This document shows, piece after piece, positions 1 through 9,039 of a stretch of DNA of 64,000 nt. This stretch comes from a virus. The stretch spans positions 25,287-89,286 of IMG/VR virus record IMGVR_UViG_3300032893_000021. One strand, given 5' to 3'. Made by a program: the position numbers and the translations under genes. Position 1 is the first letter of the stretch. Every line of letters starts with the position of its first letter. The notes under the pieces were generated by a model that did not search any database, was not told the DNA's origin, and saw only the letters and a program-made list of their open reading frames with translations.

Positions 1-2
1 AC

Positions 3-1418
3 CGGGCGCGCTCGATCCTGCGGGCCGGGTTCCTCGCGGCCCTGGTCGGCGGCGCCCGGGACGCCGCGGCCGAGGCGGGCGAGGACCCGGACCTATGGGG
101 CGAGGGCGACTTCGGGGACGAGGCGGACGCCCTCGTCGAGGGCCAGCACCACTGGATCGCCGGGCTGGCGTCGGTCCTCGCGCTCGGGCAGCTCACAGAG
201 GGGATGCTCTCGTCGCGGGCGGGGCTCTACGCGAGCGGCATGTACGGCGCGTACGAGTCCGGCTTCGCGGACGGCGTCGGGGCGTCACGGCCGGGCTGGA
301 CGGCCACGTGGAGGACGGAGGGCGACAAGGAGGTCTGCGAGCTCTGCGCCGACCGCGACGGGGCGTCCTGGCCCGCCGACGGGTCGTACCCGCTCCCCGG
401 CGAGGGCGGCTTCGGCGACCAGTGCGACGGAGGCCCGAACTGCCGGTGCGCGGTCGACTACACGTACGACGGCGACGCGGCCCAGGCCCCCGACGCCCCA
501 GAGGAGCCGCTCGACGTCGCGGCCGCCGCCACGGCCGACCTGCTGAAGCTCCGCGACGGCGCTATGTGGGACGAGTACTGGAACTCTAGGTCCCCGGCCA
601 AGGTCGCCGACCCGGACTGGACGGAGCTCCCGACCCCGACGCTGCTCCGGGTGGCGGCGGTCCTGCGCAAGTACAGCGAGGACCAGCCGCGAGTACCGGC
701 GGGCAGCGCAGAGGGAGGCGAGTTCGCGTCGGCCGGTGGCGAGTCGGCCCACCTCGCGGCCATGTCGAGGATGGACGCGGCCGGGGTCGCGGCGTACGTC
801 GAGGCCCACACGGGCACCAGGGTCGACTACTCCCGCACGGACAACTACGGTCACGCGATCCCCGACGCCAAGCCGAAGATGTCGTGGCTCCGCCCGGCGA
901 TGGCGCGGTTCGTCGCGCTCCACGAGCAGTTCCCAGGAGTGACCGTCACCAAGATCGGGTTCGGGACCGCGTCCGGCAAGAACGCGGGCAGCGTGCTCGC
1001 GTTCTGCACCAGGGACCCGTGGAACGGGACCTCGGAGATCACGCTGGTCACGACGTACTGGGCCGGGCACTGGGGCATCAATATGGCAGAGGGCTGGAAC
1101 GCGGCCGGGCCGAGCCCGGAGGCGATCATGACCCACGAGTTCGGCCACGCCGTCGACGCCGCCGCCTTCCGGGCGGCGGACCAGCAGACGGTCTACCCCG
1201 ACTCCGACCTCGGGTGGCGCCTCAACACCTTCATGAAGGCCCCGGCGATCTCGGGCTACGGGCGGTCGGACGACTCCGATCTCCGCAAGGAGAAGTTCGC
1301 CGAGCTGTTCGCGGCCGTGTACGCGCCGACGGGGAACCCACCGGCAGACCAGGAGGCCGGGCTGCGGGCGTACCTCGCGGCGGCGCTCGGGACCGCCAAG
1401 GCCGCGCTCGTCGGCTAG
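3..1418 (+). CDS. MuF-like (gpF/SPP1 gp7-like) minor head protein with C-terminal zincin metallopeptidase domain; 5' partial
   Basis: Frame is open from base 3. MuF-type C-terminal motif W..EGDKEVCELC..RDG...PLPG...CDGGPNCRC, then THEFGH (HExxH) and ISGYG...EKFAELFA typical of MuF-fused metallopeptidases. Confidence 0.8.
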   Translation, partial: RARSILRAGFLAALVGGARDAAAEAGEDPDLWGEGDFGDEADALVEGQHHWIAGLASVLALGQLTEGMLSSRAGLYASGMYGAYESGFADGVGASRPGWTATWRTEGDKEVCELCADRDGASWPADGSYPLPGEGGFGDQCDGGPNCRCAVDYTYDGDAAQAPDAPEEPLDVAAAATADLLKLRDGAMWDEYWNSRSPAKVADPDWTELPTPTLLRVAAVLRKYSEDQPRVPAGSAEGGEFASAGGESAHLAAMSRMDAAGVAAYVEAHTGTRVDYSRTDNYGHAIPDAKPKMSWLRPAMARFVALHEQFPGVTVTKIGFGTASGKNAGSVLAFCTRDPWNGTSEITLVTTYWAGHWGINMAEGWNAAGPSPEAIMTHEFGHAVDAAAFRAADQQTVYPDSDLGWRLNTFMKAPAISGYGRSDDSDLRKEKFAELFAAVYAPTGNPPADQEAGLRAYLAAALGTAKAALVG

Positions 1419-1490
1419 GGGTGCCTGGGGCTGGCCCTGCGGCCCGGCAGCGCCTAGAGTTGGGCCCTCGGTCCAGCTCGGGAGGCGAAG

Positions 1491-1892
1491 TTGAGAACCA
1501 GGATCGCGAGCATCCGGGTCGGGGTGGGCACCCCCGAGATCAAGCGCGTGCCAGAGCGAATAGGAGGCCCGACCGTGGCGTTCCAGATCCGCGACGACCA
1601 GCAGGTCACCCTGACCGCCTCGGCCCTCGACGACGAGGGCAACCCGGCGGCCGCCACCATCGCGTTCAGCTCGTCGGACGAGACGGTCGCCGCCGTCACC
1701 GACAACGGGGACGGCACGGCGCTGCTCGTGGCGTCGCCCGGCGAGGGCGGCCTCGGCACGGCGACCGTCACGGCGACCGTGACTGACCTGTCCGGCGACG
1801 CAGTCATCACCGGGACGTTCGACGTCGAGGTCGTGGCGGGCGACGCCGTGACCGTGAACATCACCCCCGGCGCGCCCGAGCCGAAGGCATAG
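1491..1892 (+). CDS. Ig-like (Big_2-type) virion decoration protein; alternative GTG start at 1575
   Basis: FSSSDETVAAV..NGDGTALLVA..G.GTATVTATV pattern; GGAGG precedes both TTG 1491 and GTG 1575. Confidence 0.7.
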   Translation: MRTRIASIRVGVGTPEIKRVPERIGGPTVAFQIRDDQQVTLTASALDDEGNPAAATIAFSSSDETVAAVTDNGDGTALLVASPGEGGLGTATVTATVTDLSGDAVITGTFDVEVVAGDAVTVNITPGAPEPKA

Positions 1893-1895
1893 CCG

Positions 1896-2255
1896 TCAGG
1901 GGCGGCGCCCCGTCATCTCCGAGAGCCGGGCGGCCGTCATCGGCCCGGCCGTCCGGCCAGAGCATCCCTGGCACCTCCCGCCCGGCGTCCCGGGCCGGAT
2001 CGTGACCATGCAGGACGGGGACAGGCACCGCCGCGTCTCGCGCTCGACCCAGGCGCGCGCCCGGGCGGTCGAGCGCGCCCCCACGTAGCCTCCGTGGACC
2101 CTGCAGACCCAGACGTCCGTCCGGCGGACGTACGGGCGCTCCGCGCGGGCCGCGGTCCCGGCCGGTACGACGCGCCACCACGGGGAGGCCGCGGGCCACC
2201 ACGCCGAGCAGGCGGCGCACCATCTGACCTCCCGGCCGCCGACCGTCCGCGTCAC
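1896..2255 (-). CDS. hypothetical Cys-rich (Zn-binding) protein
   Basis: CAAC, CRVH, CLSPSC, CQGC; last gene of an overlapping leftward operon. Confidence 0.45.
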   Translation of the reverse strand: MTRTVGGREVRWCAACSAWWPAASPWWRVVPAGTAARAERPYVRRTDVWVCRVHGGYVGARSTARARAWVERETRRCLSPSCMVTIRPGTPGGRCQGCSGRTAGPMTAARLSEMTGRRP

Positions 2256-2536
2256 GTCCGGGTCCCCGGCCGCCGGGACGGCTTCATCCAGACTGGGCGG
2301 CCGTACCGGGGCTCCGCCTCCCCCCCGGGCTCCGCCTCCCCGGGCTCCGCCGGGTCGTAGCCCTCGAGCCGGGCGAGCGCGCGGTACCGCTCCGGCAGGG
2401 AGCCAGCGTCGCCCGTGTCGAGGAAGCGGCGGATGGCCGCCGTCTCGGCCGGGGTATGGGCCCGGAAGGCCCAGCCGTGGACGACGCGGTTGCGGCGCCG
2501 CTGCTCCAGGGCGGCGGGCGAGCCCCTACCCGGCAT
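2252..2536 (-). CDS. hypothetical protein
   Basis: ATG at 2536 with upstream GAGGGAGG; overlaps both neighbours. Confidence 0.45.
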   Translation of the reverse strand: MPGRGSPAALEQRRRNRVVHGWAFRAHTPAETAAIRRFLDTGDAGSLPERYRALARLEGYDPAEPGEAEPGGEAEPRYGRPVWMKPSRRPGTRT

Positions 2537-2807
2537 CCCGGTCGCCTCCCTCGTCGTCCGGGTCGTCGGGGTCCGGCTGTCGGTCCGCCACCTCCTGCGC
2601 CCGAGCGAGCTGCGCGACGATCGGGTCGGGCCCCTCGGCCTCCCAAAGGCGCTGGCAGAGCTCCCACGCCTGGTCCTTGAGCCGCCCGGCGGCCTCGTTG
2701 CCGGGGCGGTTGTAGCCGCCGCGCCTCCATGCCTCGAGCCGCCGCCGCTGCCGGGCCTCGGCCCGGCGGGCGACGATCTGGAGGCGGCGCGCCGAGACCA
2801 TGTCCAT
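2526..2807 (-). CDS. hypothetical protein
   Basis: Strong SD GAGGAGGGGG before ATG 2807 (MDMVSARRL...). Confidence 0.55.
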   Translation of the reverse strand: MDMVSARRLQIVARRAEARQRRRLEAWRRGGYNRPGNEAAGRLKDQAWELCQRLWEAEGPDPIVAQLARAQEVADRQPDPDDPDDEGGDRDAG

Positions 2808-2823
2808 CGTCCCCCTCCTCCTT

Positions 2824-3633
2824 CTACCGGGCCAGGACGAACGCTCGGGCCTTGTTGACGACCAGCGGGAGGTCGTCGGGGCCCTTGACGTAGGGGCTGA
2901 TCCAGATCTGCCGGTGCAGGTTGAGCGTCGAGTACCACTGGTTCCGCCAGTGCCCGCCCACGATCCAGCGGTGGCTCCATTCGACGTGCCCGTGCTCGGG
3001 CTCGTGCTCCGGCCCCGCCGGTCGCCGGAGGCGGACCACCGTGACGTACTCGTGGGGCAGGCGAACCCGCTCCGCCCGGCGCAGATAGGCCCGCGGCGGG
3101 CGCTCCTTGGTCCAGACCGCCATGGTCTGGTTGAGCAGCCGCCAGACCGCCTGAACCTGCGTCTGGACCTTGAGGTGGCCACGGTTCGGGAGGCCCTCCG
3201 GGATCATCGCCCCGATGTCCCAGAGGACGGTGTGAGTCGGCACCCAGCGGCTGGCCCGCCGGGCCTCCCGGGCCGCCGCCGGGTCCTGCGCGTCGAGTTC
3301 ATCCGGGACGTCCTGATCGTGGTAGAGCGTCAGCATGACGCTGGCCCCGTTGGCCTGCCACGCGGCGACCGACCACGTCAGGGTGGCCGCCGGGACCTCC
3401 GAGCCGTCCACGCGGATGCGGACCTCGCCGGGCTCCGGTGTGATCGACAGCGGGCGGGGGAAGATGACGAGCCCGTTGCGGGTGATCAGGTCCTCCTCGA
3501 TGAGCGGCTTGGGCCGGAAGCCGTCGATCGCGGCCTCGACCACCTTCATCATCTCGGGCTCGACCCAGACCGGCTCCGCGTTGAACACCCGGGTGGCCTC
3601 GGACCGGGCCCACCAGTCGGCCATCCAGATCAT
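2824..3633 (-). CDS. conserved phage hypothetical protein (GHWRNQ...WIxPYVKG family)
   Basis: C-terminal HRWIVGGHWRNQWY...RQIWISPYVKGP motif that I recognise from phage hypothetical proteins; start uncertain. Confidence 0.65.
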   Translation of the reverse strand: MIWMADWWARSEATRVFNAEPVWVEPEMMKVVEAAIDGFRPKPLIEEDLITRNGLVIFPRPLSITPEPGEVRIRVDGSEVPAATLTWSVAAWQANGASVMLTLYHDQDVPDELDAQDPAAAREARRASRWVPTHTVLWDIGAMIPEGLPNRGHLKVQTQVQAVWRLLNQTMAVWTKERPPRAYLRRAERVRLPHEYVTVVRLRRPAGPEHEPEHGHVEWSHRWIVGGHWRNQWYSTLNLHRQIWISPYVKGPDDLPLVVNKARAFVLAR

Positions 3634-3758
3634 GCCCTCGCCGTCGACGTCCTGACCGCGGTGGCGGCCATCCATCTGCGGGCGAACCGCTCGCCCACGT
3701 CGCTCGCGAGGAAGTTGTAGATGTCGATCTGCACGTCGAGCGCGTCCTGCCAGCCCAT
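3630..3758 (-). CDS. small hypothetical protein or N-terminal fragment of the downstream gene
   Basis: MGWQDALDVQIDIYNFLASDVGERFARRW...; ATGA overlap with 2824-3633. Confidence 0.45.
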   Translation of the reverse strand: MGWQDALDVQIDIYNFLASDVGERFARRWMAATAVRTSTARA

Positions 3759-3761
3759 CGC

Positions 3762-4193
3762 CTACGTCCCCCCGCCCACGCTGCGGGCGCTGGCGGCGAG
3801 CAGCGAGGCCTCGGGCACCGGCGCGTTGGCGGCCGGGTCGTAGTGGTCGAGGTCGCCCGCGACGATCGCGGTGAGGTCGAACGCCGCCCCGTAGGCGGCC
3901 TCCGCCTCGCGGCACGCCGCCGAGTCGAGCCCGGCGTCCAGGAGCGCCATCGACGCCGCGATGTGCTTGCGGACGTCGGCAGCGGCCTTCCGCGCCTGCG
4001 CGCGGCGGTCCTTCCCGTTCTCCATCTCGTTCCTCCTCTGGCCGGGCCTCCCGGGCGCCAACGCCGTCGAGACGCGCGGCTCGCCCTGCTCGCCCGGGTC
4101 GCCGTCGGCGGCGTCGCGCACGAGCGCGTAGAGGCGCTCGCGCTCCTCCGGCGTGTAGGGCTCCTGCCCCGGCATCATCCCGTCTTCGGTCAT
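3762..4193 (-). CDS. hypothetical protein
   Basis: ATGA overlap with upstream gene; internal strong SD plus ATG at 4025 (MENGK) may be the real or a second start. Confidence 0.5.
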   Translation of the reverse strand: MTEDGMMPGQEPYTPEERERLYALVRDAADGDPGEQGEPRVSTALAPGRPGQRRNEMENGKDRRAQARKAAADVRKHIAASMALLDAGLDSAACREAEAAYGAAFDLTAIVAGDLDHYDPAANAPVPEASLLAASARSVGGGT

Positions 4194-4513
4194 CGGACCT
4201 GTCCCCCCCTCTCCGCGTCGCGCATCTCGGCGCGGTAGCGGCTGTCGTCCGGGGCCGCCCAGTAGGACTCGGGCGGCCCGTCCGGCTCGAACTCCGGCTC
4301 GGCGGGCTCGACGTCGAACCCGTCCGACCCGTCGCAGTCCGGGTCGTTGCAGTAGGCGATGACGCCCGTCGGGAACTCGCGGTGGGCCTCGTGGTCGAGG
4401 ACCGCCTCGACGCCGCACGTCGGGCACTCGCGGCGCTCCGTCCACTCGCGGTCGGCGCCGCCGATCTGGTACTCGCGCCCGGTCACGCCGGGCGGGTAGT
4501 TCGACAGGGTCAT
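4190..4513 (-). CDS. hypothetical Zn-ribbon protein
   Basis: MTLSNYPPGV N-terminus, CPTC...CNDPDC. Confidence 0.55.
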   Translation of the reverse strand: MTLSNYPPGVTGREYQIGGADREWTERRECPTCGVEAVLDHEAHREFPTGVIAYCNDPDCDGSDGFDVEPAEPEFEPDGPPESYWAAPDDSRYRAEMRDAERGGQVR

Positions 4514-4647
4514 CGCGCGGCCTTCCGCGCCAGCGCGAGAGCGAGCGCCAGGCGCCGCGTGATCGCGTCCGCGTAGGCCCGGCAGGCCGGGCACGTCGCG
4601 AGCGCGCCGCCCCCGTGGGGCTTGCCCGTGTGGCCAGATCCCATCAT
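4510..4647 (-). CDS. small hypothetical protein
   Basis: GGAGG SD, first gene after the leftward promoter; CPAC. Confidence 0.45.
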   Translation of the reverse strand: MMGSGHTGKPHGGGALATCPACRAYADAITRRLALALALARKAAR

Positions 4648-4689
4648 CGTCAACCTCCGTGACTGGGGCCTCCGCCCCGATCCGTCCAC

Positions 4690-4751
4690 AGCATAGCCGG
4701 TCCGCGGATCATTGTAAACCCCTTTACATAGGTTCCCAGACCGGCTATGCT
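4690..4751. promoter_or_regulatory. back-to-back sigma70-type promoter pair
   Basis: AGCATA-N17-TGTAAA-CCCC-TTTACA-N17-TATGCT, i.e. TTTACA-17-TATGCT on both strands, at the point of gene divergence. Confidence 0.85.
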
Positions 4752-4796
4752 CGCGACGGAGCCCGGCGAGGGCCGGGCGCTCGAGGAGGAAGCTGG

Positions 4797-5063
4797 ATGG
4801 GCGGCACGAGCCTCGGCCCCTGCGGGTGCGACCTGCTGGAGGGCCGCTGCGCCCGGCATCGGGCGATGATGGAGGCGATCCACGACGCGTGGTACGGCCT
4901 GGTTCCGATGAGCGGCACGACAGACGCGATCTGGGCCCTGAGCGACGGCTACGGGACGCCGGGCTTCGTGCCCGCCCAAGGCCACGACTGGAGCGGCATC
5001 CGGGACAGCTCGATCGGGGCCGTCGAGGCCATGTACGCGGCCGCCACGGGAGGCGCGCGATGA
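4797..5063 (+). CDS. hypothetical protein
   Basis: GAGGAGG SD, first gene after the rightward promoter. Confidence 0.6.
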   Translation: MGGTSLGPCGCDLLEGRCARHRAMMEAIHDAWYGLVPMSGTTDAIWALSDGYGTPGFVPAQGHDWSGIRDSSIGAVEAMYAAATGGAR

Positions 5064-5845
5064 GCGCGGCTGGCGGTCGCGATCCGCTCTGGCCCGCCGG
5101 GGACCGCCCGATGTGCGGCGAGTGCAAGGCGGTCCCGGTCTACATGGCCGGACTCTGCGGAAGCTGCTGGGCCGCGAAGGGCCGCGCCGCGGCTGCCGTG
5201 ACGTGCAGCGGGTGCGGCCACGCCCACCACTGGCGCGAGTGCCAAGCCGACGTGCTGGGGCTGCTGGGCACGGCCTACCGCTGCCCGTGCCGTAGACGCG
5301 GCCCGCGCGGGTCCGAGGGGCCGGAGGTCGGCGGGACGAGCATCCGCTCGACGCTCGGGGCAGCGGACGTGGTCCTCGGGGAGGTCGAGGAGCGCACCTG
5401 GACGGTCGTCCAGCACGAGGTCGACGGCTTCCCGGTCCCGGGCTCGACCGGCCGCCGGGAGGTCAGCCGCGAGGTGCGCTTCGCCTTCCGGCTCGAGGCG
5501 GAAGCCTGGGCCGAGGCGCAGCGCGCGGAGGGGTTCACCGAGTTCCACTTCAGCCACACCGCCTGCGGGTACTACGGGCCGACCGACTCGCTCGGGAACT
5601 GCTGGACCGCCACGGCGCGCCGCCGGATCGCCCGCTCGGGTGACCGGGTCGAGGTCGTTTGGCCCGGCAGCGCCTTCGAGGGGCGGACCGGGGTCGTCGA
5701 GCAGGCGTTCGACGAGACGGCCAACGTCGTCCTCGACTCGCCCGGCGTCCGCGAGCCACACATGAACTTCGGGCTCCAGGAGCTGCGGGTCCTCGACGAG
5801 GCCTGGGAGGACAACATGGAGAGGTTCGCGAGGGGCGACTCATGA
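5060..5845 (+). CDS. hypothetical protein with N-terminal Zn fingers and C-terminal KOW/SH3-like motif
   Basis: CGEC..CGSC, CSGC..H; GDRVEVVWPGSAFEGRTGVVEQ resembles KOW. Confidence 0.55.
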   Translation: MSAAGGRDPLWPAGDRPMCGECKAVPVYMAGLCGSCWAAKGRAAAAVTCSGCGHAHHWRECQADVLGLLGTAYRCPCRRRGPRGSEGPEVGGTSIRSTLGAADVVLGEVEERTWTVVQHEVDGFPVPGSTGRREVSREVRFAFRLEAEAWAEAQRAEGFTEFHFSHTACGYYGPTDSLGNCWTATARRRIARSGDRVEVVWPGSAFEGRTGVVEQAFDETANVVLDSPGVREPHMNFGLQELRVLDEAWEDNMERFARGDS

Positions 5846-5997
5846 CGGACACCCTGTTCGGCATCGCCGCCGTCGCGGCGATCGCGTACACCGTGACGGA
5901 CCTCGTCCGGCGGCTCGACCGCTGGCTCGACCGCAAGACCGGGATGACGGCGCGCTGGAGCCCGCCGCGGCAGGCGCACCGGGGACGGCGGAGGTGA
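5842..5997 (+). CDS. small membrane protein
   Basis: Hydrophobic N-terminus LFGIAAVAAIAYTV; overlapping start/stop codons. Confidence 0.45.
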   Translation: MTDTLFGIAAVAAIAYTVTDLVRRLDRWLDRKTGMTARWSPPRQAHRGRRR

Positions 5998-6236
5998 GCG
6001 TCAGCAGGTCCTGCGACCGCTGCCGCATGGCGCGCCAGCGCGTCCTGGACGGGCGCCCGGTCAGCGTCGTCCGGCGGTACACGATGTCGGTCCAGGTCCC
6101 CGGCGGCGGGGCCCGCTACGGCTTCGGCGCCATCGACCTGTGCGACGAGTGCTGGGAGGAGGTCTGCCAGCCGAAGCAGCGCCCGACGCGCGGGACGCCG
6201 CGCAAGCACCCGTCGATGCTGGGGGCCGGGCGATGA
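5994..6236 (+). CDS. small Zn-binding hypothetical protein
   Basis: CDRC...DLCDEC; GGAGG SD. Confidence 0.55.
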   Translation: MSVSRSCDRCRMARQRVLDGRPVSVVRRYTMSVQVPGGGARYGFGAIDLCDECWEEVCQPKQRPTRGTPRKHPSMLGAGR

Positions 6237-6487
6237 GCCGCCGCCCGCTCCCGCCGGTCCGCTCGACCCACACCGGGGTCGCCGAGGCGGACGCCGCCTG
6301 CTCCGACTGCCAGTTCACGGCCGAGGGCAAGAACGCGCTCGGCCTCGGGAACGTCCACGCGCGCCGGACCGGGCACGAGGTGGTCTGCTCCCAGACGATC
6401 GTCGCGGTCTACAACCGCAACGACGGAGCCGGGGCGCCCGAGCGCCGGGGCGCCGCGACGGACAGGCTGTTCGGAGACGTGCCGTGA
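6233..6487 (+). CDS. small Zn-finger hypothetical protein
   Basis: CSDC...HARRTGH. Confidence 0.55.
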   Translation: MSRRPLPPVRSTHTGVAEADAACSDCQFTAEGKNALGLGNVHARRTGHEVVCSQTIVAVYNRNDGAGAPERRGAATDRLFGDVP

Positions 6488-7230
6488 GGGTCCTCTGCGG
6501 CTGGACGGACCTTCAGCCCGAGACGCGCGCCGCGCTCGACTCCTCGGGCTACCCCGTCGAGTACGTCGACTGCCGTGGCGACCAGTCGCGCTACCACGGC
6601 GCGCTCGAGGCGGCGTGGAGGGTCGGCGGCGACCTCGCCGTGGTCGAGCACGACATCGTCCCGTGGCCCGGCGCCCTCGCGGAGCTCGAGGCCTGCTGGC
6701 GCTCCTGGTGCGCGTTCCCGTACGAGCTGTCGGTCGGCTACGGGTCGTGGCTCGGCTGCGCCCGGTTCTCGGCCAGCCTGCTCGACGCGGTCCCGGACGC
6801 GCCAGCGGCCGTCGACCGGCTGCGCGACGACGGGACGCCCCGGCGCTACTGGGCGCGCCTCGACACCCGGCTGGCCCAGGTCCTCGAGGCGAACGGGCAC
6901 CGGCAGCACCAGCACTGGCCAGCGGTCGGGCACCTCAACCCGGCCCAGAGGTTCCTCGGGGCGGTCAACTGCTCGGCATGCGGGGCGCCGGTCCCGCCCG
7001 AGCAGATGCGCCTCGGGCCGCCGCCGTACGCCTGCCGGTCCTGCGGCTGGACGCCGCGCTGCGCCGAGTCGGTCTACCGGCGCGGAGAGCGCCTGCCGTG
7101 CCCGAACAGGGCCCGTATGATTGCGCTCGGCTCGCCGGGCGCCGCATGGACTCCCCTCTGCGGGACCCACGAGAACACCGACCGCTGGGCCAACTACCCG
7201 GACATCGACTGGAGGCCCGTCACGGCGTGA
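6484..7230 (+). CDS. GT-A-like glycosyltransferase (ExD variant) with C-terminal Zn ribbons
   Basis: VVEHDIVPWPG, WCAFPY, LGCARF; clear paralog of 28913-29605. Confidence 0.6.
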   Translation: MRVLCGWTDLQPETRAALDSSGYPVEYVDCRGDQSRYHGALEAAWRVGGDLAVVEHDIVPWPGALAELEACWRSWCAFPYELSVGYGSWLGCARFSASLLDAVPDAPAAVDRLRDDGTPRRYWARLDTRLAQVLEANGHRQHQHWPAVGHLNPAQRFLGAVNCSACGAPVPPEQMRLGPPPYACRSCGWTPRCAESVYRRGERLPCPNRARMIALGSPGAAWTPLCGTHENTDRWANYPDIDWRPVTA

Positions 7231-7700
7231 GGATCGAGATAGGCGGCGGCGCCGTCCCCGTCGACGCGACCACGATGAACCTCGACCCCGTCCACGGGGA
7301 GGGCGAGTGGAGGCGTCCTGCCCAGGACGTCCCGTGGCCCTGCGAGGACGGGACGGTCGAGTCGGTCCGCGCCTCCCACGTGATGGAGCACGTCCCGGCC
7401 GCGGACCGGATCGCCGTGTTCAACGAGGCGTGGCGCGTCCTCCGGCCCGGCGGCTCGTTCGAGGTCGTCGTCCCGATCCTGTCGGCGTCGCTCGGGCCGT
7501 CCGGCCAGGTCTTGTTCGACTGGGGGGCGCTCGCCGACCCGACCCACGTGTCACTCTGGGTCCGGGAGTCGTTCGCCTACTTCACGGGCGCGATCCGCCC
7601 CAACGCCGAGTACGGCATCTCGCTCTGGCGCGAGCAGTCCTGGAGGGTCGAGCGCCAGCCGTTCGGCGACGAGGGGCACTGGACCGGGGTGAAGCCGTGA
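7227..7700 (+). CDS. class I SAM-dependent methyltransferase (Methyltransf_11-like)
   Basis: IEIGGG, WPCEDGTVESVRASHVMEHV, NEAWRVLRPGG, ADPTHVS. Confidence 0.85.
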   Translation: MRIEIGGGAVPVDATTMNLDPVHGEGEWRRPAQDVPWPCEDGTVESVRASHVMEHVPAADRIAVFNEAWRVLRPGGSFEVVVPILSASLGPSGQVLFDWGALADPTHVSLWVRESFAYFTGAIRPNAEYGISLWREQSWRVERQPFGDEGHWTGVKP

Positions 7701-8476
7701 CCGTGGCGGCCGTCTCGATGGTCAAGGACGAGGCCGACTTGATCGGGGCCGCCGTCCGGCACATGATCGACCAGGTCGACCTCGTCATCGTCGCGGACAA
7801 CGGCTCGACCGACGGGACGCGGGACGAGCTCTCCGACCTCGCCCGCGCCTACCCGGGCTGGCTGGAGGTCGTCGACGAGCCGCGGGCGGCGTACCTCCAG
7901 GCCGAGACGATGAACCGCCTCGCCGAGCGGGCCGCCGGGGCCGACTGGATCGTGCCGTTCGACGCTGACGAGCGGTGGGAGGCAGTCTCGTCCTGCTGCG
8001 TCTCGTCCCTCCTCGACGGGCTCCCGGAAGCAGTCCAGATCGTCGCGGCCGAGACGTACGACGTCGTCCCGGCGCCCGGGGCGGAGCCGTGGGGCGGACC
8101 TCTCCTCCACCGTCCGGGGTCGCTATGGGAGCTGCCGGGCCACGGCAAGGTCGCCTACCGGCCCGGGTCCGGGCGGCGCCTCGTCCAGGGGAGCCACGCC
8201 GTGGAGGGGCTCGCGACCCCGTCCCCGGACGGCTCGCTCCGCGTCCTCCACCTGCCGTTCCGGTCGCTCGAGCAGGCGCGGCGCAAGCTGCGCAACGGCA
8301 AGGCGGCCGTCGAGGCGGCCGGGGAGGCGCTTCCGCCCTCGTCCGCGTGGCACTGGCGCGAGTGGGGCGCGCTCGACGACGAGGCCCTCGCCGCGTGGTG
8401 GGCGGACTGGACCCGCCCGGAAGGCCTGGAGCCCGTCCCGTGGAGGGGGCCGCGCGAGCAGGAGGCGATGCCGTGA
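7697..8476 (+). CDS. glycosyltransferase family 2
   Basis: SMVKDEADLI, VIVADNGSTDGT, WIVPFDADE (DxD), GSH, HLPFRS. Confidence 0.9.
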   Translation: MTVAAVSMVKDEADLIGAAVRHMIDQVDLVIVADNGSTDGTRDELSDLARAYPGWLEVVDEPRAAYLQAETMNRLAERAAGADWIVPFDADERWEAVSSCCVSSLLDGLPEAVQIVAAETYDVVPAPGAEPWGGPLLHRPGSLWELPGHGKVAYRPGSGRRLVQGSHAVEGLATPSPDGSLRVLHLPFRSLEQARRKLRNGKAAVEAAGEALPPSSAWHWREWGALDDEALAAWWADWTRPEGLEPVPWRGPREQEAMP

Positions 8477-9039
8477 CGCCCGAGGTGATGGCCTTCGTCC
8501 GGTCAGCCCTGCCGGGCGACCTCGTCCGCGGCCGCGACGTCCTCGAGGTGGGGTCGCGGGACGTGAACGGCTCGCCGCGCCACTACCTCAAGTCACTCTC
8601 CCCGGCGTCGTACATCGGCGTTGACGCGGTCGACGGGGACGGGGTCGACCTGGTCCTCCAGGCCGAGGGCCTGGAGGCGCACTTCGGAGCGGACCGGTTC
8701 GGGGTCGTCGTCTCGACCGAGATGCTCGAGCACGCCGAGGACTGGAGGACGGCGCTCCTCGGGATGATGGCAGTGGCGGCCCCGGGCGGCGTCCTCGTCC
8801 TGACGACCCGGTCCCCCGGCTTCGACCGGCACGAGTGGCCTGGTGACTACTGGAGGTTCACGACCGCCGACCTCGCGGCCGCCCTCGACGGGTGGATCGG
8901 CGTCGTCTCGGTCCCGGACCCGTACTACCCGGGCGCGTTCGCCTCGGCCCGCAAGCCGGAGCCGTGGGACCGCGCCCGCGCCGCCGGGCGGCTCGAGTCC
9001 GTCCTGCCCAGCCCGGCCCCCGAGGAGGAGACGCCGTGA
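8473..9039 (+). CDS. class I SAM-dependent methyltransferase
   Basis: VLEVGSRDVNGS, YIGVD..GDGVDLV, STEMLEH, HEWPGDYWRFT. Confidence 0.85.
   Translation: MTPEVMAFVRSALPGDLVRGRDVLEVGSRDVNGSPRHYLKSLSPASYIGVDAVDGDGVDLVLQAEGLEAHFGADRFGVVVSTEMLEHAEDWRTALLGMMAVAAPGGVLVLTTRSPGFDRHEWPGDYWRFTTADLAAALDGWIGVVSVPDPYYPGAFASARKPEPWDRARAAGRLESVLPSPAPEEETP

Noticed and set aside
2300-2350. GGGCTCCGCCTCCCC short tandem repeat
   Set aside because: Encodes a simple GEAEP duplication inside a small hypothetical protein
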